From NCBI RefSeq assembly GCF_002113885.1, contig NW_018408761.1, positions 2,335,947 through 2,399,946 of the forward strand: a stretch of DNA of 64,000 bases, given 5' to 3'. Made by a program: the position numbers and the translations under genes. Positions 41,325 to 54,986 of this stretch are shown piece by piece (within the stretch, counting starts at the first letter, position 1; each line of letters begins with the position of its first letter). The stretch comes from Mizuhopecten yessoensis. Its lineage: Eukaryota. Below the pieces are notes generated by a model, which was not told where the DNA came from, made no database searches, and saw only the letters and a program-made list of their open reading frames with translations.

Positions 41325-41945
41325 AGCAGCAATGTCTACAACAGCTGATATGCCAGAAGCTGTAAAATACAGTACAAAGATATATATGCCATAACTTTGC
41401 AATTGTTATTTTGCTATCGACTAATATTTGCATTAATTGTGTCCTCGTGGTTTAATTTTATTTTTGTTTAAAGTCGATACATTTTCATTTCCTGTGACCC
41501 AGTAATAGTTGAACCTTATCTTTGCAACAATGATTAATTGCCAGTACTAAAACAAATATCCTCGAAACTTGCCATACAACAGCAATGTCTACAAATACAG
41601 CAATAATATATAAATGGCATAACTTTGCAATTGTGATTTTGCTCTCGACTAATATTTGCAATAATTGTGTCCTCGTGGATTAATTATATTTTTGTTCAAA
41701 ATCGATACATTTAATTGCCAGTACTAAAAACAATCATACAACAGCAATGTCTACAAATACAGCAAAAGGATATACATGGCATAACTTTGCAACATTGATT
41801 TTGCTCTCGACTAATATTTTCATTAATTGTGCCATTGTGGTTTAATTTATTTTTGTTTAAAGTCGATACATTTTCATTTCCTGTTACTCAGCAATAGTTA
41901 ATTGCCAGTACTAGTAGTAATATGCTCGGAACTTGCAATACAACA
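41325..41945 (+). repeat. Three imperfect tandem copies of a 160-250 bp unit
   Basis: AGCAATGTCTAC starts at about 41328, 41581 and 41742; shared CATAACTTTGCAA...TCGACTAATATTT...TCGATACATTT. Confidence 0.85.
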
Positions 41946-44658
41946 GGATTTTCTTGTAACAGGATTTAGATATTCTTTCAACTTGTCTTTCTGATCTTAT
42001 TTTCTTTGCACTTTTTCATGGGTCTCCATGTACTAGCGCCTCTTTCCCTTGCTCACTTTTGTTCCAGTTTTGAGTTCAAATTAATGGTTTGATTACACAT
42101 CGGTATCCTGCTGTTGATTTATTGATACCTAGTAATGGTGACATTAGTGGTAATTAGAGAGCAGCTAGGACTAAACCAGCAGCATTCAACTAAATAGCTG
42201 AAATCGTTATTATATTTCGTATAAAAATGAATTCAACTGAATTGATAATATCGACAATTTGAGGAAATAGTTGATAGGTTCATGTTGTTGGCTCAATTGT
42301 AACGGTAGACAATACCATAGAACGGAGGTTGTCCCTTCTGTGACAGCACATCGCGAGGCCTACATTACATATGCTTGTACGATGGACATTTTTTTTCTCA
42401 CATGCGACATACCTTTTACGAGAAAAAAATATGATCGATTGCCTGATTTCAAACAAAAACGTGACAATTTTATGAAGTATCAAGGTCGTTATAATTTCTA
42501 TGGTTATTTGCGTGTAATTGATAATGTACACTAATGTGTTATACTTCATACCCTCTACCTCGTTTGCTATGGGTGTTTTAACGAACTTCACCTTTTATTT
42601 TTCTATGATATTTTTCGTGAACTTGTTTTGTCCCATATACCTTACATAGTCGATGAGTTGTAGAAAAAGAAAAAGAAAACAATTTCGAACTTTCTTCACT
42701 TGAAACTAAGATTTATTGATCGTCAGATGCAAACACATTTATAATAAACGTATTTCTAGGTTTGTTTTAATTAGTTTGTGAATAGTATGTTCCATCATAA
42801 TTAATTTTCCTGATATTCATCATAACCTACGTAATTTTATTTATTCAAATGATGGGCCTTTTGTCGGTTATTTTATAACCTAAGTACCTGCTTCAGAGAA
42901 AAAAAGATATAACATGTCTTTGAATGATTTATTCGTAAATGTATCTATCATCTGTTCAATCAGTAATTCTTTAAAACGGATGTAACAGATATGAAAATAC
43001 AATTGATATGACAGGAAAGATAAACTAACTGTGAAGATGATATGTCGTCGCAACGCCTGTAAATAGGATCGGTGAATATTCATACAAGACTGTATTGAGA
43101 ACGAACAAAACGCAGTTGTTTGATCAAATATTACATCAAAAATCGTGTTTATTCATTGATCATTACGCCTGTGATATACTCCTCCCATCGATCATATCCT
43201 TTAGTTAACTTTTTTAATACAGATGATAATTTCATAAGTATCACTGAATGAGTGATTGGTTTCCGACATCTACTTGTTGAATCAATACCAGCATTGTATT
43301 CGGGTCACATACCAGTTAACCGTCTCTGTTCTAAAACTGAGGGCGTGTTGTATCAGGGCACACTTTAGTACCGATTTGCTAATTATGGACGAAATGGTCA
43401 TATGGTGCAGAAGAATGTTCCTCCCACGTCAAGACCCTGCGCATTACCATCCCAACCAATAAGAGGAAAGAATATAAGTTGATTTTATTTCTTTTAAAAT
43501 GAAATAATAATTATATATTGCATTTTCTTTTTTTAGATCGAAAAACTAAATTATAAAGAGGTTTTCCCTTACTTCGTATAAATAGTCATAAAATCATCGA
43601 ATACTTGTATATACATATACAATTATCGGATAAGGTCCATACCTTACAAGGACGAGGACAGTACAAAATATCGGATATCAAAGGTGTGTATCTCCCAAAG
43701 TCGAGGCCAATACAAGGAATCAGATAACACCCTACTCTATCTGATTAAGTTTAGTACCCTACGATGTGTCGCTTACGACAGATCCGTACCTCCAAAATGT
43801 AATCTCTTAATGATATGTCAGAAATATGAACGTACTATATACACATGATTACACCTATACAACTTGGTAATATACAGTATACAAAAAATAATAACATTGC
43901 GTCATACATTGTTCCGTTCTTCTAGGACACATCGGTGATGCTAGGGGTCAAAAGGTGAAAATTTAAGATGGTCCAAACGGCTATGGATACAGAAGTGGGA
44001 ATAACATCTCTTAACTTCACGAATTTCGAATATTAAAGGAGTCCTTGTTATTTTTATTAATACTGAGTAAATCATGTTTCTTATGAAACGTGCCAATACT
44101 CAAAAGAGATATTGTCAAGATTAAGGCAAATATCAGGGACTAAGAAAGTCAGAGGCAAAGTGACTGTACTCAATCCGAAACTTCACATCTCTATCTCCAG
44201 ACGGTTTTCTTTGTGTTATATTGTGATCTATTGTCATTCGTGGATGTTCAATTACAGATACCTAACACAGTGGACTATTGTTTGTTTGATTGTGACAGCA
44301 GAGCATGTTGGTCACAAGGACACTATCTAAGACTATACAAGAGTAAAACATCACGTATAGATAAGTCAATGACATAGAGGCGTGACTTGTCATCATTCTT
44401 CCTCATTTCTGCTCATATCCAATAATTATGATAATATGTCATGGTCATATGATCAAGGATTTAACAACAATGGTTTGATTGTAGAAAACAATTCCAGAAT
44501 GTCCAAATACCTCACAGGGCGGATGATTATATCTTCACCATTGTTTGTGTGGGCGGTTGTTTCCACCGTCATTATATTTTGATGATTGACATAAAACAGA
44601 TGATCTTAATTATCCTTCTTCCTCAATATGAGGAAATCAAATCGTAGCCAAGACTTAC

Positions 44659-44757
44659 AGTGTCCTGTTGAGTGTAGAAGGTGTGAAGAAAGGCTAGGAC
44701 AGACTGATCGTGTCCGGTTGAGTCTATAAGGAGGTATGAGGAAAAGGAAGATGTCAT
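44659..44757 (-). CDS. Candidate first coding exon (MTSSFSSYLLIDSTGHDQSVLAFLHTFYTQQDT), phase 0
   Basis: ATG plus 99 nt open to a GTAAGT donor; phase-compatible with exon 32367-32431. Locally GC-richer sequence; weak Kozak context. Confidence 0.3.
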
Positions 44758-45471
44758 ATACACTGACCATCTTCGGTTCAGCCTTATCGCTGTTGGAAAT
44801 GGGTTGTGAGGAAAAAGTCTTTGTGAGGAAATGCAGAAACACGAAAGATAACTGCAACTTAATTGCTGCGATTCACACCCCTATATCATTTAGATATTGT
44901 ATAAAAATAAATATCTTTAATATGCATAAGCAAACAATATTTTATATTACAACGTATTATGTTAATTGGTTGAGTAGCATCTTAACTGGTACTTTTTTCT
45001 CTAACTGGGTGAACATGCAATAGTTCAGTGATATTTTTAGGATTTCTTCCTATGCACTCTTTGGACACATATTTTCTTTGTATGTGCAGATTAATATCTT
45101 CACATTTTTAACTGTATATATGAATCTGGTTATGTTTGAACACAGATAAATGCAATGAGTTTACGTCGTTCCCAAGCTGAACGTCAACGATAATCGATTA
45201 CGTGCTGTATGAGTGAGATTTTGCCCTAGTTAAATAGTGTGGGGGAGTAGTTGTGATAAATTGTTTGTTGTTTACGCCGTCGTGGTAACCGTGGTCTTCC
45301 CCGGGCGGTAGACGACACAAAAACACAGCCAACAATCATCATTTCCTACCATCATTCTAAACGTGAACATTAAAGCTATGTATACACATTTTATTGTAAC
45401 TATACCAGCCAACTCATATTCTTTTCAAAAAGTTCAGCACCTTGTCAATGTTGTTTGAAATCTAATGGTTC

Positions 45472-45577
45472 AGGGCCCAGTTGCATAAAACATCTCAAAG
45501 TTGGGGAAGATCTCAAGCAATGTATTGTCTATGGGAAATCTTAGACTTGTGGAAATCTCAAGAGTTGAGATGTTTTA
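45472..45577. mobile_element. Short truncated MITE
   Basis: Perfect 13-bp inverted pair TAAAACATCTCAA (45486) / TTGAGATGTTTTA (45565), preceded by GGCCCAGTTGCA. Confidence 0.5.
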
Positions 45578-46461
45578 AACGTGATACAATATAAACATAA
45601 CGTAAATTACTAGAAGGTGATGAACACACGACAATACAGAATGTCAAACGCTTGAAAGCTAATCACTCATTTTTAAAGACGCACGGCACAACCTTAGTTT
45701 TTCTATCTTTTTATCAATTAACCACCAGCTGAGAGCTGTGTTTCCTGGTATAAGACGACTTTTGAGAACCATAAAAACACAGCGTTTATTTTGTATAACA
45801 CCAGGAACAGCTTATCGTGTAAACGTCGATCAATTTCTGTCACAATATCATGTCATGTTCGTCTCTTTGATCTCTCTATCACGTAATCCATATGAGCTCA
45901 TTTTATATGTGAGTGGAATGTGACAGAGGTGAATCAACAACTTGGTCTGATGTTAAATGATGAACGCAAGACATGTGTGATTTTACCTATAAAATCTGGT
46001 TATAGATACAGTAAGCCTAAATAGAATGACACTGCACCATACAACTGTTTGGGCCTTCTAGAACTCATTGGTAGTGGTACGGGGGCAAAACCAATAAACT
46101 TGTGAAGCAGACGTTGTCATATCAAGTGTTGACGTGGACCTGAGTAACTCAACTGTTGTAGACACATTCAGTCCTTCAAGTTCATATTCTAATATAAAGA
46201 CTATATTCTACTATCTGTAGATTATAAGAAGTTTATTTACCACATCGATCATATATACCCTCATGAGCTTAAAATCAAAGGAACTTCAAACTCCTCTACC
46301 TCAGCCGTTTTCCTCGTTGTTTTGTTTACAACATGACTGCCAGAGAAGACTAATACTAAAACATCCGATGTTTCCCTTTTTATAGTTCATTTAACATTCC
46401 TGCTTTCTCTACCTGGTGTTTACATGTTGCAGTTCATTTGGACCTCAAGAGCCTGCTCGAC

Positions 46462-46621
46462 TGCTGATTGACAAACATATAACACAGGGTTACCAATGAT
46501 GCTGATTAACAAACATACATCACAGGGTTACCAATGATGCTGATTGACAAACATACATCACAGGGTTACCAATGATGCTGATTGACAAACATACAAACAT
46601 ACACCACAGGGTTACCAATGA
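46462..46621 (+). repeat. 38-bp tandem repeat x4
   Basis: TGCTGATTGACAAACATACATCACAGGGTTACCAATGA units at 38-bp spacing. Confidence 0.9.
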
Positions 46622-46679
46622 CGTGTATAGTCGCCATCATAACCTTATATAGAAATATGCTATTTCTTTGTACGATACG

Positions 46680-46985
46680 AACGTTGATAATTTTAAGTAT
46701 GCTCATTAGTGTGATTTGTGCTTTAGTTGCTTCTACCCGAGTTCCTGATGTGAGGGCGTGACATTACTTTGATTTGACCTAGTTTTTTATGGTGAGTATA
46801 TCTGATAAAGCAAAAGACGTTTAACCTTCCGGAACACCTGGTCGCATTCTGCTTTTGAATTTTCAATGATCTCAATGAAAATCCTAACTTTTATCGTATT
46901 TTTCCTTAATTTTTATCGATTATGAGTTCGAATCATGGTTTTGTTGATACTTTGATATTCTCTTGTTGTTTATGGTATATGACCT
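46680..46985 (+). mobile_element. Dispersed repeat copy (Penelope-like 3' region)
   Basis: Core GCAAAAGACGTTTAACCTTCCGGAACACCTGGTC is shared with copies at about 24709(+), 28871(+), 39459(-) and 52345(-). Confidence 0.6.
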
Positions 46986-49900
46986 TAGCTACTGACGGAT
47001 AAAAGGACATCTTTAAAACAAACAATGTAGACACAGTCCGGAGACTTTTCATCCGCCCAAAGTTGCGAAAATAACGTATCATTTTGTTTTACGATGTGAA
47101 TCTGCCAATAAAAAGCTTTGGAAATTCTAACGAAAGTAGTTAGTAAGAGCTGTTCCTGAACTATTGTAACAGTTATAAGGTGGAAGTATATAGGAAAGTG
47201 GCCCGTTTACACACCCAATACCATAATCAGGACGGAATAGACTTCCAAACCACAAGATATCACGAAAATAGCCTCCTACGCATCGTGTATATCATGCATC
47301 GTGATTTAACTTGTCAAATCAAGGAGAGTGAGTCACGGAGTGAATATTTTACTTAAATCGGGCTCTTTGATCTCTTTTATTGACTCTTCGGTATTTTCTT
47401 GATGCTTTGTTATCAAATATTAATAATATCTTTCCCTGCTGGTTCTGTCATATGTTCACATTATAGAGAATAGCATTGTTGTCGTAACGTCATAACAATT
47501 GAGATAACAATGAATCCCGTCGTCTCATCGCAGAAAAAGTGTCAATAAAATGTGATGAGATGCTTTTGATCAGAAACAACAGGTTTTGCCGATTTTCAAA
47601 AATCCTCGATATCCAGTAGTTACGCTCACTTTCGCTCTCTCCACCCCTGGAATATTTAACACCTGAGAGTAGAATTACCATACCTTCATAATGATCGACA
47701 CCCCCTCCTCATCCTTTTCCGGGTTATTAGGTTCAACCTGTCAATGGCATTATAGTTACAGTAATATTCTAGATACATGTAACGTTCAAACGTATCAATA
47801 AAAAATACTGTAGTGTGAGAAACAAATAAATTTCAAACTCAAAACCTTTAAACAAATATGAAAAAATCAAAACATAATGGCTACTAATAAGCTATTTGGT
47901 AAGATCAAAGACTAATCAGATAAACCGTAGGTTAAAGTTAAATTTGAAGCAATTTGTAGAACACAACTTAACAGTAAGCTCGTTTACTGGCTGTTTATGC
48001 TCAATTCATTGACGTTACATATCATATGGAATTGACAACGTGTGTCAGAACGTCCGCTTATATAGTCCGGAACTTTCTAAACTCAAACTTTTGTTTTCGT
48101 GTACTCTCTAGTCGGCAATTAAGAAAATAAAATGCAGTTCTCAAACTTGGGGTCGCCGGTTGCACCTAATTGAGTTAACGTTATTCCACATTGGGGGATT
48201 GTAAATGTTACTTACGCAGAGGTGAAGGTGGTGGAATTGGTCGGTATCGGTTTGTTTCGGACTTACGTACTCGCTACAGTTAAGGTCATATAGAAACGGG
48301 TTGTGGAGAAAACCGGGGAAAGTGTGCTTACTTTTTTATATATCACAGGGGTACGATAGTCAGTCGTGTCCTTTAAATACAACTTACAAGGAAACAAAAG
48401 ATTTGTGTCAATTTGGTATGACAAAGCACATATTTCACATATGTGAGCTGATAACGACACATGATTTAATGAATATTCATGTGATATTACCAGTTTCTTA
48501 CTAATAATGTCTGAGGTATTTCATATTTCTCTATCTGAAAACTTCTCAGAAGGAAACCTGTTTGTTTCTATAAGCCTTATATTCAAAATAGGTTGATTTG
48601 TACACAATTCACGTCTTATGACGTCACATCGAGAATATGAATTTATGCATATTCTAATGCGTACCAATAAAATATTGCCTCATAATATGCGTCACCGTCA
48701 ACAATAGAAAACAAAGTTAGGAAGCACCCGTTTTAAAATAAAGTTTGTCGTTGCAGAAAGTCAAACAAAATAAACATTTTACAGAATAGTATTGCCATCC
48801 ACTCGGACTGATCAGTGGTACCTAATGTCGAAAAAAAATAAAGGAACATCAAAGTATAAAGCGTTCCAAAACAAATGTAAAAGGGAAAAGGTGTATATCA
48901 AACCTCTTGTTACGTTGCAAATATGGTATCCCCACAAAGTACGCCTGTGGAACACTGCGAAATGTGTGTCGTACGTTACAACATTGGCGTTCACAAACTA
49001 CGTCGAAACAACTTGTTTAAATTTAAAATATCCAGTATCTTGTCGACCGAGGTTTCAAAATACGATATCATCGCAATGCGATATGTGAGGACATTAAATG
49101 TCTACTGACAAATAACATTCAAAACTTCCATAGCCTCCCGGACGTGACCTATTATTAACCAACCTTGTTGTAACGTTTTGTAGACTGCTTATTTGTATGT
49201 AAACCTTTGGTATCAAATACATTTTTCTGCTCTTAAAATTCTAAAATTCTAAAATTGTATACACTGTAGTATTGACTGTTGCATTTACATTGTCAGTGTC
49301 AGATTTCCACATTATCAAAATGGATCTGCTGTCCCCAGACCACTGTTCGAATCTATATCTTGTTTAGACCTACCTACTTCGATCCTTTTGGTGACGTTTC
49401 TCTAAGCATCGGTCGTCAAATGATCTCAGATGAAACAAAGCCGCCAAATTCCACTCACTTAGTGTATTGTCTAAATATGTAAGTCAATGTAACAAATCAG
49501 CAAATTAGGGGATGGTAAACTACCATTACACATACATGTGTTTTCATATTTTAATGGAGAATGGAAATGTAATAGCCACTTGGCGTTTTTATTACGTTGA
49601 TGTGCATATACAAATCATTAACGCCACACCCAGGAGCGGTGAGTGAGTAACCGCTCTACGGAGCCCTTTGACAGACACTTTCTGCATTCCTTAAAGCAGA
49701 GAGATATAACTTATCTCTGTAATGGCAGATATAGCGCATCACTGTCTATATCTGTTAGACCGCTATAACAAGGATTCCACTTAAAGGTGACACTAATGAA
49801 TAAATCCCCATTTATGTTGTTTTACTACATTAATATCGTCTATATACCTCATCAAATTGTATACTTAACCTATTTAGTATTTTAGTCACATACACTGATT

Positions 49901-50548
49901 GACAATTTTAAGAAGAAAAAATGTTTCTAATATGGATAAATTCTCATTTGAATATGCGGCTATTTCTATATGATATGTTTCTATAAGGATAGAAATAATC
50001 GACCAAGCGTGTTTGTGATTCATACTATACTCAAACGTTCCGGATCACCTGATTCAGGACTCTATGTGGGTTCGTAATGTCATTTGTGGTACTATGGCGT
50101 CCGCTTGGTTAGTGTTTTATTGTTTTTTATTGTTTTTGTTAACAAGTCTGAACTCTAATTGTGTCATCGTGTGCTGAAGGTCTGTTGCTCTCTATTTGAT
50201 ACTGTTAAAACGTGAAAGGATTCTTAAGAATGTGTGTCTTTTGACAGTAGCGTCATACTCTAGTACAATTGTCAACACACCACCGTTCCACTGTTTACTT
50301 GTGTATATACAATGTTCTACAAAATGGTCCCATATTTTTATATCTATATATGTGGTCTAGTAAAAACAAAATAATGCAATCATAAAGATATCATTCTAAC
50401 TTATTATCTCAATATATGCTATTCATGGAATAATGAATAGTATATAACGAAAATCACACGCATAAGTAATGGAACCATACTCAGTCACTTACGGCCCTAA
50501 TTGATGAACATTTGATACCTTTGCTATATTTGGCCCAAAAAGTAATAC

Positions 50549-50569
50549 CTGTCGGATGGTAGTCATCAT
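50549..50569 (-). CDS. Candidate first coding exon end (MMTTIRQ), phase 0
   Basis: ATG ATG ACT ACC ATC CGA CAG followed by donor gtatta. Joined to 32431 it gives MMTTIRQGAREFHQVLLLLFVLLLPWTEA, a plausible full signal peptide. The donor is non-optimal. Confidence 0.3.
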
Positions 50570-52689
50570 ATCAGTCCGTCAGAAGACTCGAAGTCCATCC
50601 TTTCTTGTGTGCAACATGTTGTAGCAATTTCAAAAGGCTTTGAATCTCTGATGTTTTCATTTCAGTCGACTCCTGAAACGGAGTACATTTTGAAAAACCT
50701 TCATCTCTATCAAGAAGACGAGTGGAACAGCATCTGTTATTACCGAGAATGAGGACACATGATCTAGTAAATATGTTAGTTTGCATTTCTGCATTTACAA
50801 CAAAACACTTCGACTCCGATAATGATGTCCGAGCTATTTCAAGTTTATTTTTTTAATGTTTGGACTGTGGTATATCATCGTTCTATTCAAAATTCGAGTG
50901 ATGACTTCCATGTAATTAACAGTGTGTGCATTCCCATGTCAAAATGTAGTTCCCTACATGAAGGTCATCGGGTCGTCACCTTCGTTGCACAGATTCACTT
51001 CATATGCACGTGTATAAGATTTGTATCCTACAAGTAACAGTAATATGCTGAAATAAAGAAATAGGATATAAAACCCGGAATATACTTTATGTCTTTACGT
51101 CTTTATTACAATAAACATGTTAACATGTATATCAATGTACATTGTACGTATTTAGATGTTCACAATCACAAACACTTATCATTCTATAACCTAAGGCTGC
51201 GCTGCCAATAGTCTTGTCAGTAAACCAGTGCTCTGTTGTAACACGTAACACTTAACGTTAAATCAACTCGTTTGAGGGTTGGAGAGTAACAACACAGTCA
51301 TGATCAACTCTTACATGTGTGCCTACATACATCTAATATGACATATTTACAAATGTTTAGTAAATCATCTCATTTTGACAGTCACATTTTGTTCACATTC
51401 AATTCATATTAAATATTATCAGTATATAAAGTAAAACTTATTTCTATATTAGACGTTATGATGACAATTAATTCTTATTCAACATTGAAGTAAACAAATC
51501 ATATCCTTTTGTTTTAATATTCTACATGAAACATTCAACAGTGATAATATTTGTAGAAATGCAATAATAAACATGTTTAATAAATAAAACACCATGTGAC
51601 AAATAGAGCAACATTTTGACATGATTGATATGTTGTTGTTTTGTTGTTGGTGGGTTGTTTTGTCGTTTTTGTTTCTATTCATTTGCAACATAGTGTTGTT
51701 TGTATTGTTTTAGCTGTAACGAAATCTTGTTATTTGTATTGCAAAAGCTTTGGAGAATATTTTTGACTTTTTATAAATATTTAAATGTGATATATTTATC
51801 TTTTTATGAAATCTTAATATTGATACTTAAAGTTCAAGTATTTATATTTTTTTAAATCTTGTAATTTGTATATAATCAGTCTTGTGTTTTGTTTTTTTAC
51901 GCGTTTATGTTTATTCAAATGGTTGTGAATTTATTCAACATGGTTTGTATCACACAAGATGTAACGCTTATTTTTTAATTCCTAATTTCACATCAGAAAT
52001 TTGGTTATCATCTCAGAGTCAAGTATAAAACAAGAAGAAGATTTATGATCGCTTAGATTTATCAATCGGCCTAGTCTGAGTCCGAGGGGATGTAAAGTAG
52101 CGTCCTTATCCCTATACCCTACCACAGTTACTACGGTTATGCCAGAGTATCTATGTTTCAAGTTTGCATGATATGCATAACAAACTTTCGAATATATATC
52201 GCAGGATTATGAATATGAATAATAGAATGATTTTCAGGATCGATTCGTCAACAAACCGTAATTTTAACTCAAAATCATTTAAACTAGGGTTAAAAAAGAA
52301 GGAAAGATTCACATCAAAGCCCATTAAAAGTAGTATGAGAATAAGACCAGATGTTCCGGAAAGTACAGCGTCTTCTGCCCCATTAATGGCACTCATTATA
52401 CAGAACTCTTTCCAATCAAGGTAATATCTTTCTCTCAATAGGATAATCAAGATAATAATAAAACAAAACACACAAACAAGCATTGTAAAAACTAAATATA
52501 AAAATTGCACGAGAAAAAAATACATTTCACAATGAAATCATGGCGTTCGGAATGTGAATATCGGCTTAACTGCAACATAAATACAACTTAAGTGGCGACG
52601 CAGGGGAAACTGCACAATCAAAATAGTAACACTTATAATATAGCTTGGTAGTAAGCCGTCTCTGTCCATCATGCTGTAAGGTAACAGTT

Positions 52690-52787
52690 ACTACGCCATA
52701 TAGCCATTATTACTGGCGGTACTTAGGTCAAAACAATCACTACGCCATAAAGCCACTATTAATGGCGGTACTGAAGGTCAAAACAAT
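52690..52787 (+). repeat. Two direct copies of a 49-bp unit
   Basis: ACTACGCCATAWAGCCAYTATTAMTGGCGGTACT..AGGTCAAAACAAT at 52690 and 52739. Confidence 0.85.
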
Positions 52788-54986
52788 AAATATCAGCGCC
52801 TTTTAGTGTCAGAAACATATTTAGAAATACAGCGAAAGCGAAATATAAAAACACAAGTTATAATATTAAGACCATAACTGACATTATGTTCAAATGTTGC
52901 TAAGTTAGACCCACCTCTGCTACTTTGACGTGTTAATGAGAAATGAGTTAATATACAATAACAGTCTGTAGAATAACAAATTGTACGAGATTTTGGCAAG
53001 GATGCACTGATATATTACAATGTAAAGTCTTTTTAAATTTTGCCATTGCAAATATTGTCTAAATAATGAAAACAAATTGTAATTAAAGCCGATCAATCAA
53101 GATTCTAGCAGTATACAATAAATTGAAACAGTTGTACCATGTCACCTGAGAAACGATATAATATATACACGATACATTTAATAACTATATTCACACTGTA
53201 GAATTAATATTAGATAAAAAAATACACTGAAGCAAATAGTTCTGGTTAAAATACGTATTAATTATAGCAGATAAAGAAAGTATTTCGTAATAAAATATCT
53301 GTACTCTGTAGCAGACACGTCTTATATAACATATCTCTACACTGTTCCATAAACTTTTGAATAAATATATCTATACAATGTTACAGATGCTTAAAAATAA
53401 ATAAAAGTAGATTTAAAAAAAAAAATCTCTATCAGATATTTCTTAAATAAACGTATTTTGATATAAGCGCAAATACATCTTAGATTAAAATATCATTAAA
53501 CAGAAGGAAACTATTCTAGATATTTAGATAAAAGAAAACACATCTTGCTACTGTAGCTGATACTTCTATATGGAAATAGCAATGTACAGTAACAGATAGA
53601 TAAAAAAGAACATCATTTTATAAAAGTTACTTCTAGTAAAATACTAAAACTAAAATAGTGTCATAATGGAACAGATACTTCTAGATAAAAAAATATAATT
53701 CCTCAAGCAAAGGGGATTTCATGTGTTTTATCAGCGTACAGCATCGACGCCCAGATCAAGCTTGTTTAAATGAGAAAATGTCGTGAAAAGGGTAAAAATT
53801 AATTAATTATTTGTACATGGATTATTATATCCTTTCGCTCACGCAACTGCGGCTGATAAAGTACGGAGGTATAAATATAACTTTATTGAGTTAGAACAAG
53901 AATTGTCAGAAAGTCGATCGGCATGTATGATGCATATTTCTACCATATTAACATGTAATTTAGATATATCGTCTGCTCGAAAAATACTTGACTTTTATAG
54001 AAAAACATTTTCTCCCCATCACAGTTACAGATGTTTTTTTTCAATAATTGGATGAACATAAACCTTCAGAGATAAATACACATGTATGTCAAATATGGAA
54101 GACAGAACAATTAACTATGGTCAGTACACACTCATCCTCAAATAAACAATGACAAGAATGCGTTCCTCACTTTTATCTCTTATGCATGAACAACGAAACA
54201 GACTTAAAAATATCATCCTCATTTTTTATACACATGAAACTGTCGAATGATACAAACTGTTACAACAACTCCATCATATCCTCTTTTAAACTTGTGATTG
54301 TGCTTATCGACTGTGTTACTGTCAGCAATACAACATCATGATCACATCTTATAAACAGGCAAGTGTTAACTGACAAAACTGTCCTCCATTGTCAGAACTA
54401 CTAAATCACCACCATAGACCTGCGCCTACTGACCTCAAATCAGTACATATGGTGAGCACAAATGATGCATGTCATGCTAGTTTAACATAACACTGTCTAT
54501 GTTCCGAACGGAAACTGTCCAGCTCTTTCCATGATACCATTTGATGACTTCAAATTTAAAATTTTAAAAATTCCAAACCGAAACAGTTTCCTATTAACGT
54601 TAGTTTTCTGACAAATACTACCTACATTGTAACCCTCAAATATAGATCTTTACCATTTTGTGCCCGGTTTGTTCAAAATAAATCATGATCAAGAGTAATT
54701 ACCAAGACTTTTTGTTGTTTTGAGGTAGAGAATTAATATCCCTGATATTTCATAAACGTTGATTATGGTAAATACCTCTATAATTATTGTTAAAAAAATG
54801 TATTTAAAAACATTTTTAAAAGCTTCTGTCTATTGCTTATATATGTATATCGCATAGCGAACATGAAAACATTATTTAAGCCCATCAATAGAAAATGGTG
54901 TCTCCTAAAACAAGCCCTGATTCAAGTCAGAAAATATGCCTTTTGCAAGTCAATGTCTCTTTTTAATTAACAGTAATTATCTGTCC

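Noticed and set aside
52151-52525. 124-aa hydrophobic ORF
   Set aside because: Low complexity, AT-rich, and overlaps a dispersed repeat core.
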